DNA from: Patescibacteria group bacterium
GTDB lineage: Bacteria > Patescibacteriota > Patescibacteriia > 2-12-FULL-57-11
DNA: 64,000 nucleotides
NCBI GenBank assembly: GCA_004297205.1
Contig: SCUL01000002.1
Location: forward strand, 722,893-786,892
Direction of reading: 5' to 3'
Part shown: piece after piece, positions 1 through 9,234 of the stretch
Layout of the letters: each line of letters begins with the position of its first letter
Numbering within the stretch: position 1 is the stretch's first letter
Position numbers and translations under genes: made by a program
Notes under the pieces: generated by a model
What the model was told of the DNA's origin: nothing
The model's input: only the letters and a program-made list of their open reading frames with translations
Databases searched by the model: none

Positions 1-285
1 GCCGCTGAGAAAGCCGAAGCGACGTTCGTCTCTGTCTTCCAGAAACGCGAAACTCCCGCGGACGTCGTTGAGATGCGCGCGAAGAACAATCAGTCCCTTG
101 TCGATCTCCTCATCGTCGCCAAACTCGCCGCCTCGAAGTCCGAGGCGCGTCGGCTGGTGGAACAGAACGGCGTGAAACTCGACGGTGCCGTCGCCGCAGA
201 CCCCACCGCCGTGATCACTCTGCCCAAGTCGGGCGTTCTGCTTCAGAAGGGCAAGCGTCACTTCGTCCGCGTCATCCCCTCGTAA
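1..285 (+). CDS. tyrS: Tyrosyl-tRNA synthetase, C-terminal S4 domain (partial, 5' end outside window)
   Basis: SKSEARRLVEQNGVKLDG...LLQKGKRHFVRV is the S4-like C-terminus of TyrRS; frame open from the window start. Confidence 0.88.
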   Translation, partial: AAEKAEATFVSVFQKRETPADVVEMRAKNNQSLVDLLIVAKLAASKSEARRLVEQNGVKLDGAVAADPTAVITLPKSGVLLQKGKRHFVRVIPS

Positions 286-286
286 C

Positions 287-2035
287 ATGCTGCCGCCGCT
301 GCTCGTCACGGAGGCGCTCGCGCTCCTGCGCGGGACGCTGTCCCACGACATCGACCTGACCCCGGAACTGTTTTCCGCGCCGCCGGATCCCAAACTGGGC
401 GATCTGGCGTTCGGCTGTTTCCCCGTGGCCAAGGCCAGCGGCAAAAATCCGGTCCTCGTCGCCAAAGACCTGGTCGACGACCTGACGCCGCGCCTCGTGG
501 AGACCAAGGGGCTCATCGCGCGCGTCGCCGCCAGCGGTCCGTACCTGAATTTTTTCGTCGACGGGGAGAAGCTCGTCGCCGCGGCGCTGTCCGCCAAGGC
601 CAAGCCGCTCCCCGCGCCGTTGCCGAAAGGCGAGCGGCGGAAGATGCTCATCGAATACGCCAATCCCAACACGCACAAGGACGTCCACGTCGGGCATCTG
701 CGCAACTTCGTGCTCGGCGCGGCGGTCATCCGGCTGGAGCGAACCCTCGGCCACGAAGTCATCGGCGTGTCCTACATCAACGACCTCGGCAACAACGTCG
801 CCAAGTGTTTGTGGGCGGTGGTGCGCACGGCCGGCTGGGAGAAAACGCCGGCGCCGGAGCGCGTCCGCTTTTTGGACAAGGCCTACGTCGAAGCCACGGC
901 CGCGGCGGAAGCCGACACGGCGGTGCGCGCCGAGATTTCGCACATTCAGAAGACGCTCGAGCGCTTCCATGCCGAAGGACTCACGGCGATTCCGCCCAAA
1001 GACCGCGTCTGGATCAAAGTCTGGAAGACGACGCATGCCTGGTCCAAGGCCGCCTTGAACGCCGTCATCAAAGAACTTGGCTGGGAAATCGACAAGCAGT
1101 GGTTCGAGAGCGAACTGATCGCCGAGACGGTCAAGATCGTGGCCGATCTCGAGGCCAAAGGCATCGCCCGCGCTTCCGAAGGCGCGCTGATCGTGGATCT
1201 CGCCGACGAAAAGCTCGGCGTGAATTTGCTGCGTAAGACCGACGGCACGCTGCTCTATAATGCCAAGGACATCGCGCTCGCCTTGCGCAAGGAAGCGGCC
1301 TATCATCCCGACGAATCGGTCTACGTCATCGATGCGCGCCAGTCGCTGGCCATGAAACAGCTTTTCGCCACGCTGCGGCGCATGGGCCACGACTTGGCGC
1401 TGCGCCATTTGGCGTATGAATTCGTGACGCTGCCCGAGGGTGCCATGAGTTCGCGCAAAGGCAACGTCATCTACTACGCCGATTTTCGGAACGACGTCAT
1501 CACGCGCGCCAAAGAGGAGGTCGTGCAGCGCCACGAGGATTGGAGCGCTGCCAAGGCACAAAGCGCGGCGCGCGCCATGGCTATGGGCGGCATCGTCTTT
1601 GCGCTCTTGAAACAGGATCCGGACAAGCAGATCGTCTTTGATGTGGACGAGGCCGTCTCCTTCGACGGCTACACCGGTCCGTACATCCAGTACACGGCGG
1701 CGCGCATTTCGAGCCTGGCCCGCAAAGCCGGCGCGCAGAAGGCTTCCCGATCAAAAGGCACCGCGCCGGTCGTCGATGCCGAGCTGCGCCTGGCCTTCGC
1801 GCTCCTACAATTCCCGGCCGCGGTGCGCGCCGCGGCGGAGGGGTATCGGCCGAGCGTGCTCTGCCAGGAACTCTTCGAGCTTTGCAAAACGTTCGCCGTG
1901 TTTTACGAACAGGCGCCGATCCTCACGTCCGAACCGGCGGTCCGCTCGCGCCGGCTCGCGCTTTCCAAGAAAGTGCGCGAGACGCTCGTCGCGGGCTGTG
2001 CGCTCATCGGCCTGCCGCTCGTCGAGGAGATGTAG
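287..2035 (+). CDS. argS: Arginyl-tRNA synthetase
   Basis: IEYANPNTHKDVHVGHLRN (HIGH), MSSRKGN, FDGYTGPYIQYTAARISS (DALR region). Confidence 0.97.
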   Translation: MLPPLLVTEALALLRGTLSHDIDLTPELFSAPPDPKLGDLAFGCFPVAKASGKNPVLVAKDLVDDLTPRLVETKGLIARVAASGPYLNFFVDGEKLVAAALSAKAKPLPAPLPKGERRKMLIEYANPNTHKDVHVGHLRNFVLGAAVIRLERTLGHEVIGVSYINDLGNNVAKCLWAVVRTAGWEKTPAPERVRFLDKAYVEATAAAEADTAVRAEISHIQKTLERFHAEGLTAIPPKDRVWIKVWKTTHAWSKAALNAVIKELGWEIDKQWFESELIAETVKIVADLEAKGIARASEGALIVDLADEKLGVNLLRKTDGTLLYNAKDIALALRKEAAYHPDESVYVIDARQSLAMKQLFATLRRMGHDLALRHLAYEFVTLPEGAMSSRKGNVIYYADFRNDVITRAKEEVVQRHEDWSAAKAQSAARAMAMGGIVFALLKQDPDKQIVFDVDEAVSFDGYTGPYIQYTAARISSLARKAGAQKASRSKGTAPVVDAELRLAFALLQFPAAVRAAAEGYRPSVLCQELFELCKTFAVFYEQAPILTSEPAVRSRRLALSKKVRETLVAGCALIGLPLVEEM

Positions 2036-2077
2036 TAGCATGTCGGCGGCGCTGACGGTCACGCGCCGGAGGAAACC

Positions 2078-2722
2078 ATGGAGAATCTCACGTACCGGCA
2101 CGCCACGCAGGCGGACGCCGAAGCCCTGGCCGCGCTCGACGCGCGCGTCTGGGGAGAGATGGCCGCACCGATCGACTGGATCCGCGCGCGCTTGCAGCGC
2201 TTCGCGGACGGCACGATCGTCGCCGAGCGGGACGGCGCGATCGTCGGTTCGGCCGTCACGGTCTGCATCAAGGGGTTCGACCCGGACGCGCCGGGCCTTA
2301 CCTGGATGCACTGCACGGGCAACGGCACGCTCGAGAACCACGATCCGGAGGGGGAGACCGTCTACGGCGTGAACTTCTCGGTGCCGGAGGACGAACCGCC
2401 GGGCGTCGGTTCGGAGATGCTGCGGATCATCCTGCGCGACCTGATCGTCGGCGGGAAGAAGCGCCGCGGCATGGTCGGCTGCCGGCTGCCGGGATTCGCC
2501 GCCGCGAAGTCGGCCAACCCCGAGCTCACGGCCGAGCAGTACTTCTTCGCGGACCGTGAGGACGGCAAGCCGCGCGATCCGCACGTCCGCCTCTTTCACG
2601 AGGTGACGTACGACGACGTGCGCTTCGAGCGCGTGCGGCCGCTGCCCGGGTACTTTGAGGATCCGGAGTCCCTCGACCACGGCGGACTCCTGATCTGGAA
2701 GAACCCGCACTGGCAGGAGTGA
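2078..2722 (+). CDS. GNAT-family N-acetyltransferase-like protein
   Basis: TYRHATQADAEAL...HDPEGETVYGVNFSV...DPHVRLF...GYFEDPESLDHG resembles YkwB-like GNATs; GGAGG SD upstream. Confidence 0.7.
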   Translation: MENLTYRHATQADAEALAALDARVWGEMAAPIDWIRARLQRFADGTIVAERDGAIVGSAVTVCIKGFDPDAPGLTWMHCTGNGTLENHDPEGETVYGVNFSVPEDEPPGVGSEMLRIILRDLIVGGKKRRGMVGCRLPGFAAAKSANPELTAEQYFFADREDGKPRDPHVRLFHEVTYDDVRFERVRPLPGYFEDPESLDHGGLLIWKNPHWQE

Positions 2723-2745
2723 GTCGGACGCGGCAGGTCGCCGCG

Positions 2746-2802
2746 GGACGCCACACGGCGTCCGCTTTTTTAAAAAAAGACGCCGCGTGGTGCGGCGCGG
2801 CG
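2746..2802. terminator. Back-to-back intrinsic terminators between convergent genes
   Basis: GGACGCC-ACAC-GGCGTCC + T-tract on +; A7-GACGCCGCG...CGCGGCGT hairpin for the - strand. Confidence 0.7.
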
Positions 2803-2829
2803 TGCATACCGGCGATGTCCTCCGGCAAC

Positions 2830-4041
2830 CTACGCCATGCGGGAGTCCGGGGGGCGGCTGCGGTCAGCCGTCTCCCGTTCCCACGCCGTCCGGCATGCGC
2901 AGGAGGGGAGGGTCTCCGGCGCGAAGGCCGCGGGATCCAGGGTCGTGCGCCACCGGCCGATGCGCGCGAGGAGCTCCGCGCGGCATACCGGACAGTTCCG
3001 ATCGCTCGGGCTGCGCATGGGCGGCGGGATCTCCGTCTCCCAGGCGCCGAGCATCACCGGACCGAGCGGCGCGGTGTCGCGCAGGATCTCCGCGATGCTC
3101 CAGAGCGACGGCGGTTCGAAGCCCCGGTCGCGGTGCCATTCGTACATCAGGTTCTTGTCCCCCTTGGTGCCATCGGGGTCCGCGTTCACGATGTAGGTGG
3201 CCTGGAGCTGGATTTCGTCCGCGCCGGCGGCGAAGGCAAAGCGGATGGAGGCCTCGGCTTCCTCGATCCCCCAGCCCTCGGTGACGACGTGGTGCGGCTT
3301 GATCATCAGGTAGATCGAGACGCGTGCGCCGAGACGCTTGAGCAGGGTGATTTTCTCCTCCAGCCCGCGCTTGGACATGCCCTTGCGCAGCATCCGGCGG
3401 AGCTGATCGTCCTGGGTCTCGAATCCGATGACGACATCGAGCGTCTTGCCGCCGAGCGCGGCGATGACCGGCGCGACCGCCGTTTCTTCGATGTATTCGA
3501 GCCGCGATTCCACCCGCAGGATGCGGATGTTGTCTTGGGCTGCGACCGCCTTCGCGATGCCGCGCTGCGTCTCCTCCGGGATTTCCCCGGCGTTGAAGAA
3601 GCTGCCCGCCGTGAAGACGTTCAGCATCGTCACGCGGTCGCGGATCGTCTGGAAGCTGGCCCCGAACAGGCGGAGGAACTCGGCCGCGTCGAGCGGCAGG
3701 TTCCCCACGTACCGGTCCACGGCCCTCTGGAACGGACAGAAGGTGCAGCCCTCATGCTCTTCGAGCGCCCAGGCGCAGCCGCCGGGCAGGATCACGAAGC
3801 CGTAAGTGCCTACCCGTCCAAGCTGCGGGACGAGTCGGTCCTCGTGGAAGCAGAGCTGCTCGCCGGCCAGGCCGTTGAGCGTCTGCCGCGCACCCTCACT
3901 GCCGCGCAGGAGGCGAACCGCGGGGACGACCACGAGGTCGGCCGCGAGATTCACCAACCGCCGGTTCCAGAATTCCCCAAAGAACGCTGCGGACTTCTCG
4001 GGCACCGGGGCCCGCACCCCACGCTTGGACTGCTTGCTCAT
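2830..4041 (-). CDS. Radical SAM protein, TIGR01210/RaSEA (archaeosine biosynthesis)-like
   Basis: VILPGGCAWALEEHEGCTFC (CX9CX2C), FTAGSFFN, VESRLEYI, IGFET, YLMIKP, PPSLWS; start set at ATG 4041 from the GGAGG SD. Confidence 0.75.
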   Translation of the reverse strand: MSKQSKRGVRAPVPEKSAAFFGEFWNRRLVNLAADLVVVPAVRLLRGSEGARQTLNGLAGEQLCFHEDRLVPQLGRVGTYGFVILPGGCAWALEEHEGCTFCPFQRAVDRYVGNLPLDAAEFLRLFGASFQTIRDRVTMLNVFTAGSFFNAGEIPEETQRGIAKAVAAQDNIRILRVESRLEYIEETAVAPVIAALGGKTLDVVIGFETQDDQLRRMLRKGMSKRGLEEKITLLKRLGARVSIYLMIKPHHVVTEGWGIEEAEASIRFAFAAGADEIQLQATYIVNADPDGTKGDKNLMYEWHRDRGFEPPSLWSIAEILRDTAPLGPVMLGAWETEIPPPMRSPSDRNCPVCRAELLARIGRWRTTLDPAAFAPETLPSCACRTAWERETADRSRPPDSRMA

Positions 4042-4121
4042 CTGTTCCTCCGTGTTTCCTCCGTGTCCGCAGGCCACTGTAGCACGTTTGGGCGGAGGTC
4101 AAGATATGCTACCCTTGTGCC

Positions 4122-5741
4122 ATGAACATAGGGGGATACGTCAGTTTCGGCGCGCTCTGTTTTTTGATCGCCTGCCTCGGTGTCGTGATTTTGTTGCGGG
4201 GCAGGCACAGCAAGGTGCACCGGACGTTCTTTTTTTTCACGGCGGCGATCCTGACGTGGATGTTCAGCAACTTCTTCGAGAACGACCCCGTCGTTCCCGA
4301 ACCTCTGCGCATCTTCCTTCTGGAAGTCGACTTCGCCGCCGCACTCGTGTCCGGTTTTTTCTTCTGGGTGTTCAGCCGGAATTTTCCGCGGAAGCATCCG
4401 AACCAGCGGACGGAGCTCTACGCGTTTTTGCCCGTCATCGTCTTCGCCATCCTGGCCTTCACGCCGCTCGTCGCGTCACGCGTCACCTTTCCGAACGACG
4501 TCCTGAACTTCGAACTCGGCGCCGCGTTTCCGCTTTATGGCGCCGCGCTTTTTGGCTACTACGCGGCCGGTCTCTGGAACCTGTTGAAAAAATTCCGCCG
4601 CGCGGACGGGGTGGAACGACGGCAGCTCGCGTTCGTGCTCGGGGGGTTCAGCGTTTCCGTGGCGATCGGACTCACGATGAACTTGCTGCTGCAGAACGTC
4701 GTTCCCCTCGAAGTCTTCCGTCTGGGCGTGTACGGCATCATCTTCATCGTCCTGGGGATGGGATACGCCGTCGTCAAACATCACCTGTTCGACATCAAGA
4801 TCATCGCCGCCGAGGTCACGGCGTTCCTGATCACCGCCATCCTGTTCGGCCAGATCTTCTTCTCGACCGGGTTGTCGGAGGCGATCAACCGGACGGCGTT
4901 GTTCCTCGCGGTCTATGTCTTGATGGTCGCCTTCGTCCGCAGCGTCATTCTGGAAGTCCACCGCCGTGAAGACGTTCAGCGCCTGGCCGAAGACCTGCGG
5001 CTCGCCAACACCAAGCTCCAGGAGCTGACCGAGATGAAAACGAACTTCATCTCGGTCGCCAGCCATCAGCTGCGGGCGCCGATCGGCGGCGTGCGCGGCT
5101 ACCTCTCCATGCTGCGCGACGGCGACTTTGGCGAGCTGGGCAAGAAGATCGACGACCTGCTTGACCTGAACATCGACACGTTGAACCACCTGTTGCATGT
5201 CATTGAGACGTTCCTGAACGTCACCCGCATCGAAGCCGGAAAGATGGACCTGAACAAGGAGCCGGTTGATATGTGCGCCATGACCCGGGGCATCTACAAA
5301 GAGCTGGCGCTGACCGCGTCGCGCAAGAAGATCCGTCTCGTCTTGTCCTGCCCGCTGAAGAGCGCCACGGTCCGCGCCGACAAGGAGAAACTGCGCAACG
5401 TCATTTTCAACCTGGTGGAGAACGCCCTGAAGTACACCGAGCACGGCACCATCAAGACGATCATCGACGTCGGACCGAAACGCGTCGAGATGCGCGTCAC
5501 GGACACCGGCATCGGCATCGCGCCGAAGGAGGCGCCTCAGTTGTTCGCCAAGTTCGTCCGCGCCGGCGGCGGCCTCAAGATTTCTCACGGTTCCGGCCTC
5601 GGCCTCTATATTGTGAAGATGCTGATCGAAGCCCACGGCGGCGACGTGTTCGTGGAAAGTCCGGGTGCGGGCCTGGGTTCGACCTTCGGATTCCGGATGC
5701 CGGTCGGCAAAGCGCGCAGGGGGGATGGCGCGGCGTTTTGA
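4122..5741 (+). CDS. Membrane sensor histidine kinase (N-terminal multi-TM, HisKA + HATPase_c)
   Basis: ASHQLRAP H-box, NLVENALKYT N-box, DTGIGI G1, GSGLGL G2; multi-TM N-terminus. Confidence 0.93.
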   Translation: MNIGGYVSFGALCFLIACLGVVILLRGRHSKVHRTFFFFTAAILTWMFSNFFENDPVVPEPLRIFLLEVDFAAALVSGFFFWVFSRNFPRKHPNQRTELYAFLPVIVFAILAFTPLVASRVTFPNDVLNFELGAAFPLYGAALFGYYAAGLWNLLKKFRRADGVERRQLAFVLGGFSVSVAIGLTMNLLLQNVVPLEVFRLGVYGIIFIVLGMGYAVVKHHLFDIKIIAAEVTAFLITAILFGQIFFSTGLSEAINRTALFLAVYVLMVAFVRSVILEVHRREDVQRLAEDLRLANTKLQELTEMKTNFISVASHQLRAPIGGVRGYLSMLRDGDFGELGKKIDDLLDLNIDTLNHLLHVIETFLNVTRIEAGKMDLNKEPVDMCAMTRGIYKELALTASRKKIRLVLSCPLKSATVRADKEKLRNVIFNLVENALKYTEHGTIKTIIDVGPKRVEMRVTDTGIGIAPKEAPQLFAKFVRAGGGLKISHGSGLGLYIVKMLIEAHGGDVFVESPGAGLGSTFGFRMPVGKARRGDGAAF

Positions 5742-5767
5742 CGCTGATTTTCCGGGACTGTTATACT
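5738..5767 (+). promoter_or_regulatory. Sigma70-type promoter for bactofilin
   Basis: TTGACG-N18-TATACT with extended -10 TG. Confidence 0.6.
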
Positions 5768-5796
5768 GCGGGCGTATCCTTCGCGCCCGACCCCGT

Positions 5797-6207
5797 ATGT
5801 TCAAGCCTGCTGCACGCCCTGAATCCGCCAACAACGACACGGTTATTGCCGCCGGCGTCAAAGTCGAGGGTGATTTCACGTCGGCCGGCAACATCATCAT
5901 CGACGGCGAAGTCTCCGGTACGCTGCGCACCGACATGGATCTCGTGGTCGGCCCCGAAGCCAAGATCACGGCGAACGTCACGGCCCGCAATGCCCGCATC
6001 GCCGGCGAAGTCCACGGAAACCTGTCGGTCAGCGAGCGCGCCGAACTTTCGGCCACGGCCAAGATCTCCGGCGACATCCAGGCGCGCATCCTCGTGATGG
6101 AGGCGGGCGCGGTGTTGAACGGCCGCTGCGCCATGGGCGCCGAGGCGGCCCCGGTCCATATCCCGACCCCCGTTCTGCGCAATCGTCCCGTGAAAGCGGA
6201 ATCTTGA
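5797..6207 (+). CDS. Bactofilin (polymer-forming cytoskeletal protein)
   Basis: TVIAAGVKVEGDFTSAGNIIIDGEVSG...ARILVMEAGAVLNGRCAM; start moved to ATG 5797. Confidence 0.92.
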   Translation: MFKPAARPESANNDTVIAAGVKVEGDFTSAGNIIIDGEVSGTLRTDMDLVVGPEAKITANVTARNARIAGEVHGNLSVSERAELSATAKISGDIQARILVMEAGAVLNGRCAMGAEAAPVHIPTPVLRNRPVKAES

Positions 6208-6980
6208 TGTACCAATACGTCTACGACGCCGCACTCTCCGACAAGCGGCATCATCTGGCGCTGACGGCCATCGAGAACCGGCTCACCGACCTGGGCATCC
6301 AGGGAAGGATCGACCGGCTCTCCTTGTTTAAGAATGTCGCCGAGTCCATCGAGGAAGGCGTCCGGCGCGGCGTGACCACGGTCGTGGCGGTCGGCAACGA
6401 CGACACCGTGAAAAAGGTCATGGACGCCGTGCCGCAGTTCGCCGTGACGATGGGCGTGATTCCGATCGGCAAACCCAGCAAGATCGCCCGGCTCTTGGGC
6501 GTGCCCGAGGGCATCGCCGCCTGCGACGTGCTCAGCGCCCGGCTCACCCAGACGCTTGACATCGGGCGCGTGAACGGCCATCATTTCCTCGCCGCGCTGA
6601 GCGTGCCGGCCGGGGCGGTGACCTTGGACTGCGAAGGGCAGTACCGCGTCACGGCGCCGCCGCGCGGACCGGTGCACGTCTGCAACATGACGCCGCTCGA
6701 GACCCTGCTCGACGAAGACGCCGCGCCGATCCACCAGGCGGACCCCTCCGACGGCCTGCTGGAGGCGGTCATCCCGGCACGCCGGGGCATCTTCCGGAGT
6801 GGCGAGGGCGGCAGCAAGACCGTGCTCAACCTGCGGCGCCTCACGATCCGCGCCGAGCGGCCGTTCACCTACGTCGTGGACGGACGCAGTCACTCGGCAC
6901 AGCGCGCCGAAGTAGATGTCCTGCCGGGACGGCTGAAAGTCATCGTCGGGCGGAATCGATTGTTTCGAGTTCCTACGTAA
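6207..6980 (+). CDS. Diacylglycerol kinase-like family protein
   Basis: TVVAVGNDDT, MGVIPIG, LDIGRVNG, DPSDGLLE, VVDG motifs; TGATG overlap with bactofilin. Confidence 0.8.
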   Translation: MYQYVYDAALSDKRHHLALTAIENRLTDLGIQGRIDRLSLFKNVAESIEEGVRRGVTTVVAVGNDDTVKKVMDAVPQFAVTMGVIPIGKPSKIARLLGVPEGIAACDVLSARLTQTLDIGRVNGHHFLAALSVPAGAVTLDCEGQYRVTAPPRGPVHVCNMTPLETLLDEDAAPIHQADPSDGLLEAVIPARRGIFRSGEGGSKTVLNLRRLTIRAERPFTYVVDGRSHSAQRAEVDVLPGRLKVIVGRNRLFRVPT

Positions 6981-6984
6981 ATAC

Positions 6985-7043
6985 GGGCCGGTGGCGGAAC
7001 TGGTATACCTGCCTGCCGGCAGGCAGGCGCGCACGTTTGAGGG
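6985..7043 (+). pseudogene. Duplicated 5' half of tRNA-Leu(GAG), interrupted by a 20-bp palindrome
   Basis: Identical to the first 39 nt of the tRNA at 7279 once 7008-7027 is removed. Confidence 0.9.
7008..7027. repeat. Perfect 20-bp palindrome CCTGCCTGCCGGCAGGCAGG (copy 1)
   Basis: Self-complementary; identical copy at 46595-46614. Confidence 0.95.
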
Positions 7044-7046
7044 AAC

Positions 7047-7277
7047 ATGCCTTACTTCGTCTACGCCCTGCAAAGTGAGAAGGACGGCCGTCTCTATATC
7101 GGCATGACGAGAGACGTGCAGAAACGTTTGTCGCAGCACAATGCGGGTAAGACCCAATCGACTCGCTTCTATCGTCCCTACGTCCTTCTGCGTTTTGCCG
7201 AGGTTCCGAATCGCCTAGCGGCGCGGGCACTCGAAAAAGAGTGGAAGTCGGGGTCTGGGAGAGCGTCCATCAAATAA
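7047..7277 (+). CDS. Small GIY-YIG endonuclease
   Basis: YFVYALQS...LYIGMT...KRLSQHN...ST..YRP...E...A...EKEWKSG. Confidence 0.92.
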   Translation: MPYFVYALQSEKDGRLYIGMTRDVQKRLSQHNAGKTQSTRFYRPYVLLRFAEVPNRLAARALEKEWKSGSGRASIK

Positions 7278-7278
7278 T

Positions 7279-7363
7279 GGGCCGGTGGCGGAACTGGTAT
7301 ACGCGCACGTTTGAGGGGCGTGTGCCGCAAGGCTTGAGGGTTCGAGTCCCTCTCGGCCCACCA
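7279..7363 (+). tRNA. tRNA-Leu(GAG)
   Basis: Cloverleaf with anticodon arm CACGT-TTGAGGG-GCGTG, variable arm, TTCGAGT, CCA end. Confidence 0.96.
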
Positions 7364-7398
7364 GAAAAGGCGTCTCATGCGAGGCGTCTTTTCTTTTT
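7364..7398 (+). terminator. Intrinsic terminator after tRNA-Leu
   Basis: AAAAGGCGTCTC-ATGC-GAGGCGTCTTTT + T-tract. Confidence 0.75.
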
Positions 7399-7462
7399 GC
7401 GGCGTCCGGACGTTGCCTGAGGTGCGCCGCGGGAGTATCCTGAACGTGGAGGACGCGGGCCT

Positions 7463-7538
7463 GGGCTCGTAGCTCAGCGGTTAGAGCGTCTCGTTTACAC
7501 CGAGAAGGTCCTCCGTTCGAATCGGAGCGGGCCCACCA
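7463..7538 (+). tRNA. tRNA-Val(TAC)
   Basis: 76 nt; anticodon arm TCTCG-TTTACAC-CGAGA; TTCGAAT; CCA. Confidence 0.96.
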
Positions 7539-7553
7539 GAAACATTTCCTTTC

Positions 7554-7793
7554 ATGCGCTATCTCTTCGGCATCCTCGGCATCGTGCTCGGCATGATCCT
7601 CGTCATCAAGTCGGAGTGGTTCTTCACCTTCTTCGGCCGCATCGATTTCGCCGACAAATATCTCGGCACCGAGGGCGGGACGCGCCTCATGTATAAGCTG
7701 ATCGGCATCCTGTTCGTCCTCCTGTCGCTGCTCTACATGACCGGCGGCATCGAAAGTTTCCTGAAAGCGGTCTTCATCCCGGGCGGCGTGTGA
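7554..7793 (+). CDS. Small 2-TM membrane protein
   Basis: Two hydrophobic helices around FGRIDFADKYLGTEGGTRLMYKLIG; host-like codon use. Confidence 0.8.
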   Translation: MRYLFGILGIVLGMILVIKSEWFFTFFGRIDFADKYLGTEGGTRLMYKLIGILFVLLSLLYMTGGIESFLKAVFIPGGV

Positions 7794-8335
7794 CGCCTAT
7801 GTACATCCCATCGGGCAGCGAGCTGCTGAATCCCGTCACCATCCTCACCGAGGCCGGCGTGCGCGAAGGCATGCACGTCGCGGATTTGGGCTGCGGCGCC
7901 ACGGGACACATCGTCTTTCCGGCATCGCACATGGTCGGCAAGAACGGCATCGTCTACGGCGTCGACATCCTGAAGTCGGCGCTCTCCGGCGTGGAGTCGC
8001 GCGCAAAACTTGAGGGCGTCGCCAACGTCCAGACCGTCTGGAGCGACATTGAAGTCTACGGCGCAACAAAGGTGCCGGAGGCCTCGCTCGACTTGGCCAC
8101 GCTCGTCAACAACCGCCCCAGCCCGGCGATGATGCGCGAGACGGTCCGTCTCATCAAACCCGGCGGCACGCTGGTGGTCGTCGACTGGGTCGTGACCGCC
8201 ACCCCGTTCGGTCCTGCCAGCAAGGAACGCATCGATACCGAGACGGTGAAGCGGATGGCTGCCGATTTGCGCCTGACGCTGACCAAGGAATTCCAGGCGG
8301 GGCAGTATCACTACGGGGTCATCTTTAAGAAATAG
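7790..8335 (+). CDS. Class I SAM-dependent methyltransferase
   Basis: VADLGCGATG motif I, YGVDI, RLIKPGGTLVVVDW. Confidence 0.9.
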   Translation: MTPMYIPSGSELLNPVTILTEAGVREGMHVADLGCGATGHIVFPASHMVGKNGIVYGVDILKSALSGVESRAKLEGVANVQTVWSDIEVYGATKVPEASLDLATLVNNRPSPAMMRETVRLIKPGGTLVVVDWVVTATPFGPASKERIDTETVKRMAADLRLTLTKEFQAGQYHYGVIFKK

Positions 8336-8420
8336 CGCCCCCTCGCGCTGCGTCGAAAATACGGGGCGTTGTGTGCCGTATTGACGGAAGTTCCCGATTT
8401 CCGGCACACTGCCCGTCGTT

Positions 8421-8840
8421 ATGTTCGATCTGGCACTCCTGCTCTCCCCGGCGTTCTGGTTCTCGATCCGCTGGAACCCCCTGCAACCGAACACGGCGAT
8501 CCTGATGGCCGTGGCCTTTGGCCTGCTCGCGGCCGTCGGCGCGCTGTTGCCCCGCATCGTGGCCCGCGGCCGGCAGATACCGAAGTTCGAGCGCAAGGCC
8601 TGGGCCGGCGTCGGCCGCCCGGCCGTGGCTGCCGGCGTCATGGGGATGTTCTTCACCTTCTGCGCGTACCAGCAGGTGGCGATCCTCTCGGCGCGGTTCT
8701 GGTTCCTGCTCGTCGCCGTCGCCTTCATCGCCGCCGAAGCGCGGGCCATCCGGACGCTGGTGCAGGAAACGCCGCGTCTCAAGGACGATGCCGCCACGCG
8801 CGCCGCGGCCGCCAAATATTTGCCGGGAAAAAACGCCTGA
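8421..8840 (+). CDS. Hypothetical 3-TM membrane protein
   Basis: Three hydrophobic segments, C-terminal KYLP; upstream TTGACG-N18-CACACT. Confidence 0.75.
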   Translation: MFDLALLLSPAFWFSIRWNPLQPNTAILMAVAFGLLAAVGALLPRIVARGRQIPKFERKAWAGVGRPAVAAGVMGMFFTFCAYQQVAILSARFWFLLVAVAFIAAEARAIRTLVQETPRLKDDAATRAAAAKYLPGKNA

Positions 8841-8850
8841 CGCTTTGCCC

Positions 8851-9222
8851 ATGGAAGACGCGCGCCGCGCACGAGGCTCCTTTGGGGAATCGGTCGCGGC
8901 GCGTTTGTTTTTGGAGAAAGGCTTCACCATTCTTGAGCGCGGCTGGCGGACCCGCTACGGCGAGGTCGACCTGATCGTGCAGGACGCGCGGGGTGTGCGT
9001 TTCGTGGAAGTGAAGACGCGCGGGAGCGACACCTTCGGTCCGCCGGAGGAAGCGGTGACGCGCCTGAAACTCCGGAAGATCGCCCGCGTCGCCGAGGTGT
9101 ACCTGGAGAAGCGCGGCTGGCAGCACCTGGCGCGCCAGATCGACGTGGTGGCCATCCGCACGGACGCACCCGGAGCGCCGGAGGTCCGGCACATCGAGGA
9201 CGTGGGCGAGGGGTTCGGATAA
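8851..9222 (+). CDS. yraN: YraN (UPF0102) family endonuclease-like protein
   Basis: GSFGESVAARLF...GWRTRYGEVDLI...FVEVKTR...EAVT...IDVVAI. Confidence 0.92.
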   Translation: MEDARRARGSFGESVAARLFLEKGFTILERGWRTRYGEVDLIVQDARGVRFVEVKTRGSDTFGPPEEAVTRLKLRKIARVAEVYLEKRGWQHLARQIDVVAIRTDAPGAPEVRHIEDVGEGFG

Positions 9223-9234
9223 AAAAGGAACCGC

